Shown here: positions 1-15,142 of the stretch, piece after piece
Numbering within the stretch: position 1 is the first letter of the stretch
Layout of the letters: each line of letters opens with the position of its first letter
NCBI RefSeq assembly: GCF_009914755.1
Contig: NC_060947.1
Strand: one strand, 5' to 3'
DNA from: the human T2T-CHM13v2.0 reference genome, Homo sapiens
Length of the DNA: 64,000 nt
The notes under the pieces: generated by a model
The model's database searches: none
Told to the model about the DNA's origin: nothing
The model's input: only the letters and a program-made list of their open reading frames with translations
Program-made: the position numbers and the translations under genes

Positions 1-735
1 CCACCAGGGAAATGCAAATCAAAACCACAATGAGACAGCACCTCACACTTGTTAGGATGGCTACTATTTACAAAAAAAAGAACAAGTGCTGGTGAAGAAA
101 TTGGAACCCTTGTGTACTGCTGATGAGAATGCAAAATGGTACAGTGTCTTTGAAAAGCAGTATGGAGGTTCCTCAAAAAATTAAATATAGAACTAACATA
201 TGACCCAGAGAATTAAAGTCAGAATCTCAAAGACATATCTGCACTGTCATGTTTATTGCATCACTATTCACAATAGCCAAGATGTGGAAACAACTTAAAT
301 GTTTATGGATAAATAAATGGATAAAGAGAATATGGTATATACATACAATGTCTTAAATTATACATTCAGTCTTTAAAAAAAAAAAAAGGTAATCTGCCCA
401 CATGTGACAATATGGATGAATCTGAACCTTGTGCTAAGTGAAATAAACCAGTTACAAAAGGACAAATACTGCATGATTCCATTTATATGAGGTATCTAAA
501 ATAGCCAAACTCATAGAAGGAGAGAGTAGAATGGTGGCTTCCAGGGGCTAGGGGGAGAAGGAAATGGGGAGTTGCTCTTCAATGGGTATAAAGTTTCAGT
601 AATGCAAGATGAAGAAGTTTTAGAGATCTGTACAACATTGTGCTTATAATTAGCAATGCTGTATCGTGCACTTAAAAATTTGTTAAGGGGGTAAATCTCA
701 TATTAAGTGTTCTTACCACAATGAAAAAGAAAAGT
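1..735 (+). mobile_element. Old L1 (L1MA/L1MB-type) ORF2 end and 3' UTR
   Basis: Typical L1 motifs 'gaaatgcaaatcaaaaccacaatgaga' and 'atgtttattgcatcactattcacaatagccaagatgtggaaacaac', ending in an A-rich tail at ~722-733. Confidence 0.85.
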
Positions 736-2277
736 AAATGGTGATTGGAGGCATGCATTTTAAACTAATTTACAACTGAAAATTTCACAAAACCTGCCAA
801 ACAGGACAGGAATAATGTACTTAGATTGAAAATATAAAAAATTAAAATATATAAAACTCATTCCCCAAATTCTGAAAGACATGCAAATATATAATTTTTA
901 TAAAGCTTAAAAATGCCACATAGGGTTTAAAATTTAATCAAATGTCCAAATAGAAAGTCTAGGAACATTCACATTCTCCACTCTGATACAAAAGTGTATG
1001 GTATCAAAAAGAGATTCGATAAAAAATTGTGCAAATTAAAAGCTTATTGAATATAAAAGACATGTACAATGCAAAATCATTGAAACATTTTTGATGATTT
1101 TTTAAAAAAATGGCCAGAACAGTAAGTTAAAATTGTTTTAAAATGAACTCAGTAAACAATGATAAAAGTATAAACTGCTGTTTGGGAGATATTTGTTTTC
1201 AGCCCATATGAAAACTTTAAAAACTGGAGACAGAATAAGATCACTTGTCTTCAAATGAAATTGAAATAAAAACAAAAATATCAAAAGAACCAAAAGGAGA
1301 AGACTCCCCAAAACCTGAAACAAATCTACTTGACTCATAAAAGCATTGAAAATGGAACCCCAAGTCATTCAAATTTACTGAAAGATCATACATTATTTAT
1401 TAGAAACATTTCATTTTATACCAATTTAAAATTTCATAGTTTTGCCCAAATTGTCCAAATGCTACCCCCTAAAATTTATTATTTTCCAAATTCCCCTGCA
1501 TCCTATTTACACTAAGGCCCTCACATGATTAGGCAGCTGCTGAGCAGGCTGGGAGACATCCCTTTGGCACTTACAAACTGAAACATTCCACACACATAAA
1601 GATCAGCTCTCTCACTTTTGTTTTTCACGCCATGAGATGACTTTGTCAAAACCGAAGCTCTCAGGCCTGCCCTTCCCATCATGAAATAGCCTTTGCCTAC
1701 AGTAGGGCCTAGGAGAGAACCCAACAGTTCCCAACCAGACCTAGAGCTCTCCTCCTGTGTATCCTTTTCTCTCCCTGAATTGAACCAGGAGCTTCTTCCA
1801 GAGCTTGTGACAGTGCAGATCATACCGATGTGATTTGAAGAAAACCCTAGCTGCTTCCCCAGCCAGATGGCTGCTGCAGCGGGATGACGATGGTCAACCT
1901 TGGCCTTGTTCCCCTTTGCTACCTCCTGGGGGTGACTCGAAGTTCCTATTGTTAGTTGCAAATGTCTTCCATGTGCAGGCTGGAGTAATTAGGTGGGGTA
2001 TGGATGGAAAACAGAGGAGGTCCCTGATATAGGGGTTGAAGCAGGTTGAAGGGGACAAATGCCTCAAGTTGTGGGGAGCAGAAGTCAGGGTTCCAGAACA
2101 GTGAGGTGAAAGTTCTAGGTTGGGACTGCCTCATTCCAGGAGTGGCTGGTCTGTGGGTCCTGATCTAGGTACGAGCATCTTCAAGGTATAAAGGGTAGAG
2201 GTGAAAGCCATGGTGAGGGCTGGGCTGTAGGAGGGAAAAGGTGTTCACTGAGGTCTGGCCAGGGACCATCCCCAGAT

Positions 2278-2800
2278 ACTGTATTTCATCAAATCTAAGA
2301 TGCCATCAAGTGTGAGATGTACTATTATTTTATGTATCAATACATTAAGTAAAAAGGCTGCCACTTAAACCATGCCATGATGTTTTCTCAGCACTTGTAA
2401 TTTTTTATTTTTACTTGTCAAAAGGGTTCTTTGAGACTTATATATAGTATCTTTCCATATATCACTATTGTGAGTACATAAAAATAAAAGCAATGTAAAT
2501 TGCTTAAAATATTTCTAGAATTTCTTCACATCTAGAACCTAAGTATCCCAAATCACTTTTCAGCTCAGAGTTCGTTGTCTGTGTTTTCCCACACAGAGTT
2601 GGAACTATCTGTGTTTTCCCACACAACATTGTCCTCCATGCCATCAAGACGGTTGGTGATGTAGCATTTCTTAAAAGAGAGACCCACTATTGTCCATGGA
2701 TTTTCTTCCAAGTTGCTGCTAAACTGCAAGTTTTGATGTGGGGCTTTCTTGCTTGGCCTGCGAGAAGTTATCCTGTTGAATGTATCTCAATAACAAAACC
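2278..2800 (-). mobile_element. TcMar-Tc2 (Kanga/MER104-like) DNA transposon fragment
   Basis: Terminus 'ta-ctgtatttcatcaaatctaagatgccatc' followed by decayed antisense transposase-like sequence ('gcatttcttaaaagag', 'gattttcttccaag'); family assigned from recall. Confidence 0.55.
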
Positions 2801-3024
2801 CAACAGAATTTCAGCTATTGTAGGTATCTTCCTTGCTTTAGACCTAAAACACACTTTGTTGTTGCTCTGCATGAAAATGTGGAATTGCAACATTTTCTCC
2901 ATCTTTCAGATAACTATTCCTTCATAACAAACCAGTTACATGGATTTCTGTTTCCAGCCTGAGGGCCACAATTATTCTTTATGCTAATATGCCTCTGAGA
3001 TTTGATCTTTGCTAGAAAACTCTT

Positions 3025-3375
3025 TTTCTTTTAACTTTTGAAATAATTATAGACTCACAAGAAGTTGTGAAAATAGTATAGGGAGTTCTCATGGACCCAC
3101 CACTCAGATTCCCCTAATGGTGATATCTTAAATAACTATAATGCATTTTCCAAAGCAGGCAATCAATTGGCACAATACAATGAACTAAATTGCAGAGATT
3201 ACTCAGATTGTACCAGTTTTCATGTGCACTCTGTATTTTGTATGTTTGTGGATCATTCTATGACATTTTCCTACAAGTATAGATTTGTATAACCACTACA
3301 ATCATGATACAGAAGTGTTCTGTCACCACAAAGATCTCCCTCCTGTTACCCCTTTACAGTCACACTTTTCATTGA
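3025..3375 (-). mobile_element. L1MC-type 3' end
   Basis: 'ttttgaaataattatagactcacaagaagttgtgaaaatagtatagggag...' matches the antisense L1MC 3' terminus; a similar copy lies at 60980. Confidence 0.75.
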
Positions 3376-3399
3376 GGTAACTGTTCTCAGCCTCCTCCC

Positions 3400-5795
<2,396 letters not shown>

Positions 5796-6247
5796 TCCAT
5801 TTCACTTTAACAGCAATGCATGTACAAAGTAGGGCTGATTGTTTCCCAGTCCCACCTGTATACCGCCAGGACCAGTTTCCACATTACCAAGAAAAGATTC
5901 CCTCATCTCCCACTCCCCACTCAAGACTGGGAACAGAAATGGCACCTAGCAATGTGCCGTGATGAATTCTCAATCATTTTAGGATCCTCTTCAGCCCAAG
6001 TAGAGTCCTGGCCTGGACTTTGGACTCTGTCATATAGCTAATTGATTTAAAATGTAAAACCCTAGACTAATTGTTATAACTCTTTGCAAAACTGTGTTTT
6101 ACCCCTGACTCCCACTCTGGGACCCCAAATGTATTAAGGCCTCCATACACAGTTGTCATTCAGGCCCTAATATATACAGATGTTGCTTCCTCAGGCTCAT
6201 CAACCTGAAGGGAAGGGCTTTTAGCCCAATTACACCTTAAGACATCA

Positions 6248-6314
6248 CAACCTTAGGCAGTTCATTTCAACCTTAGGCAGTTCATTTCAACCTTAGGCAG
6301 CTCATTTCAACCTT
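6248..6314. repeat. Tandem triplication of a 20-bp unit CAACCTTAGGCAGTTCATTT
   Basis: Three copies (one mismatch) plus a partial fourth, read directly. Confidence 0.95.
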
Positions 6315-6726
6315 TAGGCCTGATTCATTTTTTTTCTACAAAATTGGAGATATGAGATATCTGTGAAGTCTGCTATTCACCAGGTGTTTCTGAGTTGAAA
6401 GTGCCCTCACCTTTCCCTAGCAGCGAAATATCTTAATTGGGTGGTTTCTAGTTGTGGGGACACTCTCTTCAACTTAACAAGAGTAGCTTGGAATTATCTC
6501 CAAGAAGAGCCAGTTCTGAGAAGTATTTGACAAAGTTTACCTAAAGTTATGCCCCAGTAAGGGGCCATCTGAAAGCATTTCTTAGGGAGGCTGGTTTGGG
6601 ACCATCACAGGAATCATTCTAGCCAAGTAGAAAACCAGACTTCTTTCAATGTTTACTTCTCTCCACCATCCAATGTATACAACATTATGATTTCAGGTGC
6701 ATTACAATGTCTACAGTGTCAGATTC

Positions 6727-7145
6727 TGTTATGAGTTGAATTGTGTCCCCAGAAAGATATGTTGAACTCCTAATCTCCAGTACCTGTGAATGTGACCTTA
6801 TTTGGAACAGAGTCTTTGCAGTTAAGATAAGATGAGGTCATTAGGTTGGGCCCTTATTCCAATATGACTGATCTCTTATAAGAAGAGACATAGGGAGAAT
6901 GCCATGTGACAACAGAAGCAGACTGAAGAGGTGTGTCTACAAGCCCAGGAATGTGAAGGACTGCTAGCAATACCAGAAGCTAAGAGAAAGGCGTGGAACA
7001 CATTCTCCTCTAGAGCCTTCAGAGACAGCATGGTCCTGCCAACACCAACTTCGGACTTCTAGCCTCCAGAAGTGAGAGAGAATAAATTTCTGCTGTTTAA
7101 GCCACCCAGTTTGTGGTAATTTACAACAGCCCTAGAAGACTAACA
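6727..7145 (+). mobile_element. Solo MaLR LTR (MLT1B/C-type)
   Basis: TG...CA termini, 'tgttatgagttgaattgtgtcccc', AATAAA at 7081, perfect 5-bp TSD GATTC (6722-6726 and 7146-7150). Confidence 0.9.
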
Positions 7146-7327
7146 GATTCTATACTGACTGGTTAGTTATGACTGGGGTTTCCAGAACTGTGAAGGGAAA
7201 AGTTGGGACCAACTCATCAGAGAGCAGTGTGTGTGATACTTTGGTGTTCCTGGGGCTTCTCCAAGTTCTAATAACCAGGAATAAAAATGTAGAGAAGACG
7301 ATTCAGCTTAGGTCTCTGGTTGTGAGG

Positions 7328-7445
7328 TTTTTTGTTGTTGTTGTTGTTGGCCAGGCTGGTCTCGAACTCCCGACCTCAGGTGATCCACCCACCTCGGCCT
7401 TCCAAAGTGCTGGGATTACAGGCATGAGCCACTGCACCCAGCCTG
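7328..7445 (-). mobile_element. Alu left-arm fragment (~95 nt) with (CAA)n/A tail
   Basis: 'ggccaggctggtctcgaactcccgacctcaggtgatccaccc...gagccactgcacccagcc'. Confidence 0.88.
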
Positions 7446-7453
7446 AAAAATTG

Positions 7454-8109
7454 TTTTTTTAATTTATTTTATTTTATTATTATTATACTTTAAGTTTTAG
7501 GGTACATGTGCACAACGTGCAGGTTTGTTACATATGTATACATGTGCCATGCTGGTGTGCTGCACCCATTAACCATTAACTCGTCATTTAGCATTAGGTA
7601 TATCTCCTAATGCTATCCCTTCCCCCTCCCCCCACCCCACAACAGTCCCCAATGTGTGATGTTCCCCTTCCTGTGTCCATGCGTTCTCATTGTTCAATTC
7701 CCACCTATGAGTGAGAACATGTGGTGTTTGGTTTTTTTGTCCTTGCAATAGTTTGCTGAGAATGATGGTTTCCAGCTTCATCCATGTCCCTACAAAGGAC
7801 ATGAACTCATCCTTTTTTATGGCTGCATAGTATTCCATGGTGTATATGTGCCACATTTTCTTGATCCAGTCTATCATTGTTGGACATTTGGGTTGGTTCC
7901 AAGTCTTTGCTATTGTGAATAGTGCCGCAATAAACATACATGTTCATGTGTCTTTATAGCAGCATGATTTATAATCCTTTGGGTATATACCCAGTAATGG
8001 GATGGCTGGGTCAAATGGTATTTCTAGTTCTAGATGCCTGAGGAATCGCCACACTGACTTCCACAATGGTTGAACTAGTTTACAGTCCCACCAACAGTGT
8101 AAAAGTGTT
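7454..8109 (-). mobile_element. 5'-truncated primate L1PA 3' end
   Basis: ORF track gives the L1 ORF2 C-terminus (MFIAALFTIAKTWNQPKCPTMIDWIKKMWHIYTMEYY); canonical 3' UTR and tail. Confidence 0.95.
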
Positions 8110-9859
8110 ATAGTTAAGAATCTCACTGCACACTTTGGCCAAGGCATCCAATGTTCCCAATTCTTATTTCTCCATTCATGATGATACTTTGGGCCTCTGG
8201 AAACGAAAATAGTAATATTAATAGATAATACTTACAGAGCTCTTGCTTGTTCTAGGTGATTTTACCTTAAGTCACCACTCACAACAATGCTAAAACGGGA
8301 TAATTATTATTACTGTGTTTATCTTTACAGATGAAAGAGCTGAACCATAGAGGTGTTAAATAACCTGCCAAAGGTCCTCTAACTAGGAAATGACAGAGGT
8401 GGATTTGAATGCTGGCAACAATGGCTCCAGAGTCTGTGCACTTAACTGTTATGTCAGACTGATTCTGTAACAGGAAACATTGCAGAGGTCGTGCCAAATA
8501 GAATTCACCAAGTACTGAATGCCCCATTAGTCCAACAATCTACTGACTGTCAGAAATAAATAGGTTGACTTTGTTACCATGGTGTCTGGACATCCTCAAA
8601 GTTAGATTGTTCTTTTGGAAGCCCAAAGGCCACAATTTCAATCTCCTAGATCAAATTTCATTTTCCAAGGTAACTTATTTACATTCTAGGTCCCTGGATC
8701 CCCAGTCCAGCTTTTCCTGTGCAAAGAAGTCATCTTCAAAGTAAAATTTGTTTTATTGTGCAGTTAGTAGTTCTCTCTCAAGATTATTCAGATGATAGAA
8801 TAAATAAGTTAGACATAGACATCAATTGATATTGATATAGTTATTTCCCATGGAGAAGTTGGAGGCTTCCCCAAGAATCTATCCACTCAATTGTCATAGG
8901 GTACTACTAGCACCAAGGGTTTATGGACAAATTGAAACTGAAATAATAGAGCATAGTCCTTCACCAAGTTCCATTTGGTTTTCTAATCAATCAGACAGGA
9001 ATATTTGTGCATGAGCCTTGGCAATAGCTATACTTCCAAGCCAACAATTTTTGGACTGTTGTCCTCATTTCTTCTATGACATCAACAGCAATGGGGTTTG
9101 TTTCTGTTAGAGTTTGAGGTAATCATAATCTTTATACCAACTTGAGCTCAGGTTGTAAGAATACACGACCCCTTTGATGGATTTAATTATCTAGCTGACT
9201 CCTCCATCAAAATTAATTATGTTGTGGCAGCTTTTTCTTTCTCCATTCCCTATTATGAAGACTGATGACTCTGTTAAATTAGAAAAAGAGAAGAAGAAAC
9301 CCTTGAGGTTCCTAAGATATATACACTTTAAGCCCAATTCAATCTTGGGTGCTGCTTGTGGAATTTCGGGTACTGCTGCCAATTTTCCCATCTCATAAAC
9401 AATGCCTGTAGGTGAAGAATTGTTAATAAATTAAACCTATACCAGAATTCAATGGGGAAGTTCAGGTATTCCTTCTGTATTCTTCCCACAACCCCATTGT
9501 GGCCTTGGGAAACAGTTATGTGCTGGGGACTCTGTACTTCTGCTTTCTTTGTTTTAAATTTGTGAGGGTGAAGTGATCAGAAATCTCTGGGTATTCTTGG
9601 CTCAGAACCAAACCAACTTCTTCCATGTCCCCTGGAAGCAGAGACCTGTATATAAGATGCAATAACAGGCAGGCAGACTTTATTGCTCATCATGGGGCCT
9701 CAGGACATAGCCACTCTCCTTGAAAGGTAGGGACACTGTTCTCTTTCTAGAAATGATAGGTGAGTTTATTTGCGAAACTGGAACCCACCAGATTGGTGTC
9801 TTTTTTCCAATGCATCCCTCTTAGATAATCAGTTAAAAACTGTTTTAACCCAACATTTT

Positions 9860-10430
9860 AAAAAGTCAGGTTTATTAAGATGTAATTTACTTGCAGCAAA
9901 CTCCACCCTTTTTAGAAGTATGGTTCTATGAGTTCTTACAAACATGTACAGTTGTTTACAACTGATTGTGCTACCATCACAATCAAAATATAGAATATTT
10001 CCATGCCTCTAAAAGTTCCCTTGTGCTCCTTTTTAGTTAACTCTTCCCTGCTCCCACCAGCTGCTGGTAAGCACTAATGCTTAGCACATAGTTTTGCCTT
10101 CTCCGGGATATACATGGAATCATACAATATGTAGCCACCTGATTCTGGTTTCTTTTACTCATCATAATGCGTTTGACATTCATCCATATTATTGTGTGTA
10201 TCAATAGCTCATTCCCTTTTATTGCTGAATAGTATTTCATTGTGTGGAGAGACCAAAGTTAGTTTATCCATTCACTCATGAAGGGTGTTTGGGTTGTTTT
10301 TTGAGCTTCTATAAACATTCATATTCAGGTTTTTGGGTGAACGTACATTTCCATTTCTCTTGGGTAAATTCCTAAGAGTGGGATCACTGGGTCATATAAT
10401 AAGCTTATGTTTGATTTTATAAGAAACTTA
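9860..10430 (-). mobile_element. Old L1M 3' end
   Basis: Antisense L1 3' motifs; ORF 10037-10240 MKYYSAIKGNELLIH is an ORF2 remnant. Confidence 0.8.
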
Positions 10431-11644
10431 CCCTTTTACTCTTCCCCAGTCTCTTCCATTCCTCTCTGAAAAGGTAACTACTGTTGACTTGTTGCAGGGG
10501 TTCATAATCCCCAAGCCTTTAGTTCACTATTAAAAGTTTGTTTTCTAGACAGTTTTTAAGAAAGTAGTTGCCATTGATCATTTGGTTTAACTTTCTAGTT
10601 CTTTGGGTTGTAATAATCAGAAAGTTATATAGTATTTCCATATTTCACATATGGAAACTTGGCCCACATAATGGGCCAAGTGCCAAATTTTCAAGTGGTT
10701 TTTTTTTTTTTTTGAGTGGCTATTGCCATTCCTGGGGTTGGGAAGCCTAGACTTTCCATCCTAATTGGAGAACCCTTGTGAAGACTAGCAAAAAGTCTTC
10801 CCAGTGATTCTCATGAAGATCTCTCTTAGAATTCACCATTGCCTTCTGATTGATCCCATCTTCAAATGCTCCCTATATGTTCTCTGACCTACTTCTACAT
10901 ATTCCCATATCAACTCTCTGAGCAAAGGCCCCTACAATTTTCTCTTATCTCTAGTGGCATGTTGCCTCATATCTTATCTTACTTCCATCAGCCACTTGGA
11001 AAACTTTTCTGTACTTAGGACATGTTCCCTTGCCTTAAAAACTTTCTTGGACTCAACTGGACTTCAAAGTTTTCAATGATAACTGTCCATCCCACTTCAG
11101 GGTGGGTGGATGGGTGAGCAGAGCAGCTTTTTGGAGTTGCCTCCAGGCTACTCTGTCCCCCCTCCCTCCTGCATGTTGTTTGCCTTGAAAACCGTCTTCG
11201 TTGTTTGATTTGCCTTGACACTTTCATGTGCAGACATGCTTTATTAGTGGAGCTCAGCTGTGGGTGGGTGCACCACAATGACAAAAGTTTGTCCCTTGCC
11301 TTGGCACTCCCTAAATACCTCATATCTTTCAGACACATTCTTTCCATTTAATTCTTAAAGTAAGATACTCTGCCCTACATCTTAGGGAAGATTCCCTAGT
11401 GAATCATCAAGACTATCTTTCTAACTCCCCACAATTGTCCCTCCATGTATTAGAACTGTTGTCCTTTGACCTCTAGAATGGAAACTGACTGGCCTGCCAC
11501 TTTCATCTGTTCACAAAAAATAGGTCAGTGTTGTCCCACACTTTATTCAGTTTGTTCATGCTCCCTCTGTACACCTCAACGAGAGGGAAAGTTCTGTCAC
11601 GAATTCTGGTAATGTGATCCCTTTCTCTGTTTTTAATCTTCCCG

Positions 11645-12470
11645 TTTTCCTGCCTCTCCACTAGGAATAACTGGCTCCAAACCAGAACCCAAAGAATCTT
11701 CTGCCCCAAATTCCCACAGGATTGTGAATGTCACATTTCTTGGCAGTAGATTTTTCTGGCACACTTAGTGCTCCCCAAACTGCTACTGACAGTATGAAGA
11801 TGTTGGATGTCTTTCCAATTCTGGTGGCAGGGCGAGGGAGGTTTACCTGATCTATTTGTGGACTCAGGGCTTCACTAATTCTAATCTGTTGCTGCAGTTG
11901 CTCAAAATATATATATTGTATTCTTATATATTATGTATATATCAATAATAATAATTATAATTGAAATAATATTAATAAGCAGCAGCCAGGATGAATTTTT
12001 AACTGGGTAAATGCTTCTTGGCCTGAGATGCAGTGGTGATGTTCTTGAATAGGTTGGGGCTGCTCTTGGTTTGAGGGGCAGAGATGAAATTTGGCCAGAA
12101 GCTGTCTTAAGCTGTGAGGGGCCCAGGTGTGTGCACTGGTCTAATTGTGCTGAGAGAGTCCTTGTTTGGTTAGTGCTGCCTCTTCTGGGAAGAGTAGATA
12201 AGCAGATCTGGGCAATGTCAACAAATACTGACCTGAGAACACAATCTTCTCCAGCCCTGTAACCTGTTTCTCTGCCTGTGTTGCCTATCAGCAAATGTCA
12301 CCACTATGGACTGTTGCCCATGAAGAAATCTTAGATTCAATCTATGGGGGGCAGGGGGAGTGGTGGTCTACCTCTTCTATTCCTATTTTCCTGCCTCTCC
12401 ACTAGGAACAACTGGGTCTAAACCAGAACCTAAAGAATCTTCTGCCCCAAATTCCCCCAGGATGGTGAAT
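11645..12470. repeat. Dispersed ~85-bp direct repeat (11645-11729 and 12386-12470)
   Basis: Both copies read 'ttttcctgcctctccactaggaa.aactgg.tc.aaaccagaacc.aaagaatcttctgccccaaattccc.caggat.gtgaat'. Confidence 0.92.
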
Positions 12471-12679
12471 TCCCCTCTATATCATAATTCTTGGCAGTCT
12501 CCTCCCCCAGTCTCCACACCACATCAATCTTAGTTCCACCTAAACATCAGTTCTTCCCATAAATGACCATAACCACTGCTCGGGGTCTTGCCATCACTAG
12601 CCCTCATCAGGATGAACTGGACAGTCTCTACCTCCTCCATGCTTACAAGCAAATGATCTGTCTCCAGGGCATGGCACGT

Positions 12680-13160
12680 CTAGATTTTCCTATTGTCAAT
12701 TATGCCTGCTAAACTCTTTGTCATGGTATGCAAGGCCCTTTATGACCTGGATCCAGTTTATGGCTTTAGATTCCTAGTCAGTCATTTCCTTCCCTTGGCA
12801 ATACTGACCTATCTGCAATTTCTTAAAATATACCCACCAAGGTCTCTCATGACCAGGGATTTTCACTTGCTTTTCCCTCTCCCAAACTCCTTACTTGTCT
12901 GCTTCACAAACTTTTACACTTTCTTCTGGTCCCATGTCAAATGCTACTTCATCTATGGGGCTTTTCTGATAACCCAGGCTGACCTATGCCGTCTTTCTTC
13001 ACCTGTTTTGCTGTATGTTGTATATGTGACCTCTCGTATAACAATTGTGTTCAATAATTTACTGCCTGTTTATTTTTCCCTGGGCCACCGTTACAGTGAA
13101 TAACTAGGTCTTTAAACCAGGCACTTGAAAAATAAAGGAAGCTCAAGTGTTGTGTGTATG
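12680..13160 (+). mobile_element. L2 3' fragment
   Basis: 'aaactctttgtcatggtatgcaaggccctttatgacctgg', 'cacttgcttttccctctc', 'atgtcaaatgctacttc' are L2 3' motifs. Confidence 0.65.
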
Positions 13161-13239
13161 GAAAAAAGAAATGATAGAAATTGTCCCAATCCCTCTCTCA
13201 AGCATATCTCCTCATTCCTGGCCACTGGTAAGAAACTTT

Positions 13240-13400
13240 CCCTCCATTTTGGTCATCCACGTGAGTGTGAAGTCACCAGGATTGATGACAAAAATAGAAG
13301 AGGATTGGAAGACAGTGAGCCAGGTGCCAAACTCTTCAATAATGATGGAGTCTGTTGTTGCCTGCAAAAACGGGGGCCAGTGAACATTACATCAGTGTGT
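13240..13400 (-). mobile_element. L2 ORF2 endonuclease remnant
   Basis: Minus strand 'attgaagagtttggcacctggctcactgtc...atcctggtgacttcacactcacgtggatgacc' resembles the (I)LGDFNIHVDD endonuclease motif. Confidence 0.6.
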
Positions 13401-13500
13401 GTGAGTCCCAGGTAAGCCAGGTCTTTTCACCTCCTAGCTCAACACCCGAAGTATCCCATGATATTTGGCAGAATCCAAAAAGGAGGACAGAGCTAGTGAG

Positions 13501-13660
13501 GGCCAGCTGGGCCTGGTAGGGCATGCTTGTAGCCCTAGCTACTTGGGAGGGTGAGGCGAGAGGATCCTTGAGCCCAGGACCATAGCTGCAGTGAGCCATG
13601 ATCATGCCACTGCACTCCAGCCTGGGCGACAGAACAGGATACTATTTCTAAAAAAAAATT
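13501..13660 (+). mobile_element. Alu monomer (FLAM/FRAM-like)
   Basis: 'tgtagccctagctacttgggagggtgaggcgagaggatccttgagcccagga...cactgcactccagcctgggcgacaga'. Confidence 0.85.
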
Positions 13661-14796
13661 TAAAAGTTAGTGAGGCCTAGGCCCCATCCCCTGCTTTTGT
13701 ATTTTTATATAACTGGCTCAAAAGTACTCTCCTAGTCATATTTATTGTTCACATAGACATTATTGCAATGGGTATAACATTATTTAATATGAGTCTCTAA
13801 TCACTTATAATCCACTTTTTCAATTAATCTAAGTCACTTTAAATGTGCGACAATTACTAAAACTACTACTCCCAGTACTAGTACTACCACTACTACTATT
13901 AATAGGACCTTACAAATATCAGTTTTTGTGTTATCAGAGAAATATGAGGGTATTGTTAAATTTGAATCGGATGAATTACCTTTTGGTGTAATTGGTTCTA
14001 ATATTGGTGATGCACATTTTCAAGAATTCAGGTAACATTAAACACTCAGTGAAATCACTTAGATTTTTACACTGTATTGATACATAGTTTATATTTATTC
14101 CAAATAAGTATTTGATCATGTCCATTTCAATGAATTCTGGGATGAAATGCCTATGAGCACATCTCCCTTAAAAGCAAAGGTGAAAATTATGCTCACTGTT
14201 ATTTTATATAAGTAGTAGAAGCAGAAAATTGTGACTTATAATTCTTCATTGCCCTCTAAAAAGATTAAGTCCTTATGCTGGAGGACCTTTTCTTCTGAGT
14301 GCAAATAAAATAAAAGCCTCAGAATGGTGGCCTTTCCCACACTTGAAGTAGTATTAAGTATGGGGTAAGTGTCCAATCTGAAGACAGAAGATAAAACAGA
14401 GCTCAATTTATCTGCATCAAAAAATTGGGAGACATTGAAAGCCCTGCTAGTATTAGTGGTTGGGTTTTATTTATTTATTTATTATTTTTACATAGAATGT
14501 AAGAAATTCTCGAATCTAGTTTCAAGTTTAGTGTCAGGAAATGGCACAGGGCCGACCAGGATAGCCGAACGTGGAAGTTATATTTAATTTATACAAATCA
14601 GTCTTGTGTGAATAAAGGAGTGTGTTCACATGAAAAGATCTGTATTCACCAGCCACTAGTTAGGCTGGGGTGGAAGGGGATTTAACTATGATCTAGCTGG
14701 AGGCCTGTGGTCTAAAGGAGATCAGAACAGACCCTGTGTCTCCTTATTTTGGAGATACATCTAGTGAGAGCCCATAGGGCACCTGGGGCTACTTCC

Positions 14797-15142
14797 TGCC
14801 ATGTTATGAATGTATCCCCTCCAAAATTTGTGTTGAAACTTAGCCCTCATTGTGGTGGTATTAAGAAATGGGGTCTTTGGGGAAGTGACAAAGGCAGAGA
14901 GAGCCCTCATGAATGGATTAATGCTTTATAGAAGGTCTGGAGAGAACTAGCCTAGGTCCTATTTGCCATTCTGCCTTCCACCATGCCAAGATGCAGCAAG
15001 AGGACCCTTACTATACATCAAACCTATTGGCACCTTGATCTTGGACTTCCCGGACTCCAGAACTGTAAGAAATAAATTTCTATTATTTATAAGTCACCCA
15101 GTCTCAGGTATTTGGTTACAGCAGCACAAATGGACTAAGACA
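14797..15142 (+). mobile_element. Solo MaLR LTR (MST/MLT1A-type)
   Basis: 'tgaatgtatcccctccaaaatttgtgttgaaactta...ggacttcccggactccagaactgtaagaaataaatttc...gactaagaca'. Confidence 0.85.

Noticed and set aside
13125-13417. 96-aa ORF ending at a strong CAG/GTAAGC donor
   Set aside because: Largely antisense L2 endonuclease remnant, with no matching acceptor or coding homology; a noncoding exon cannot be excluded
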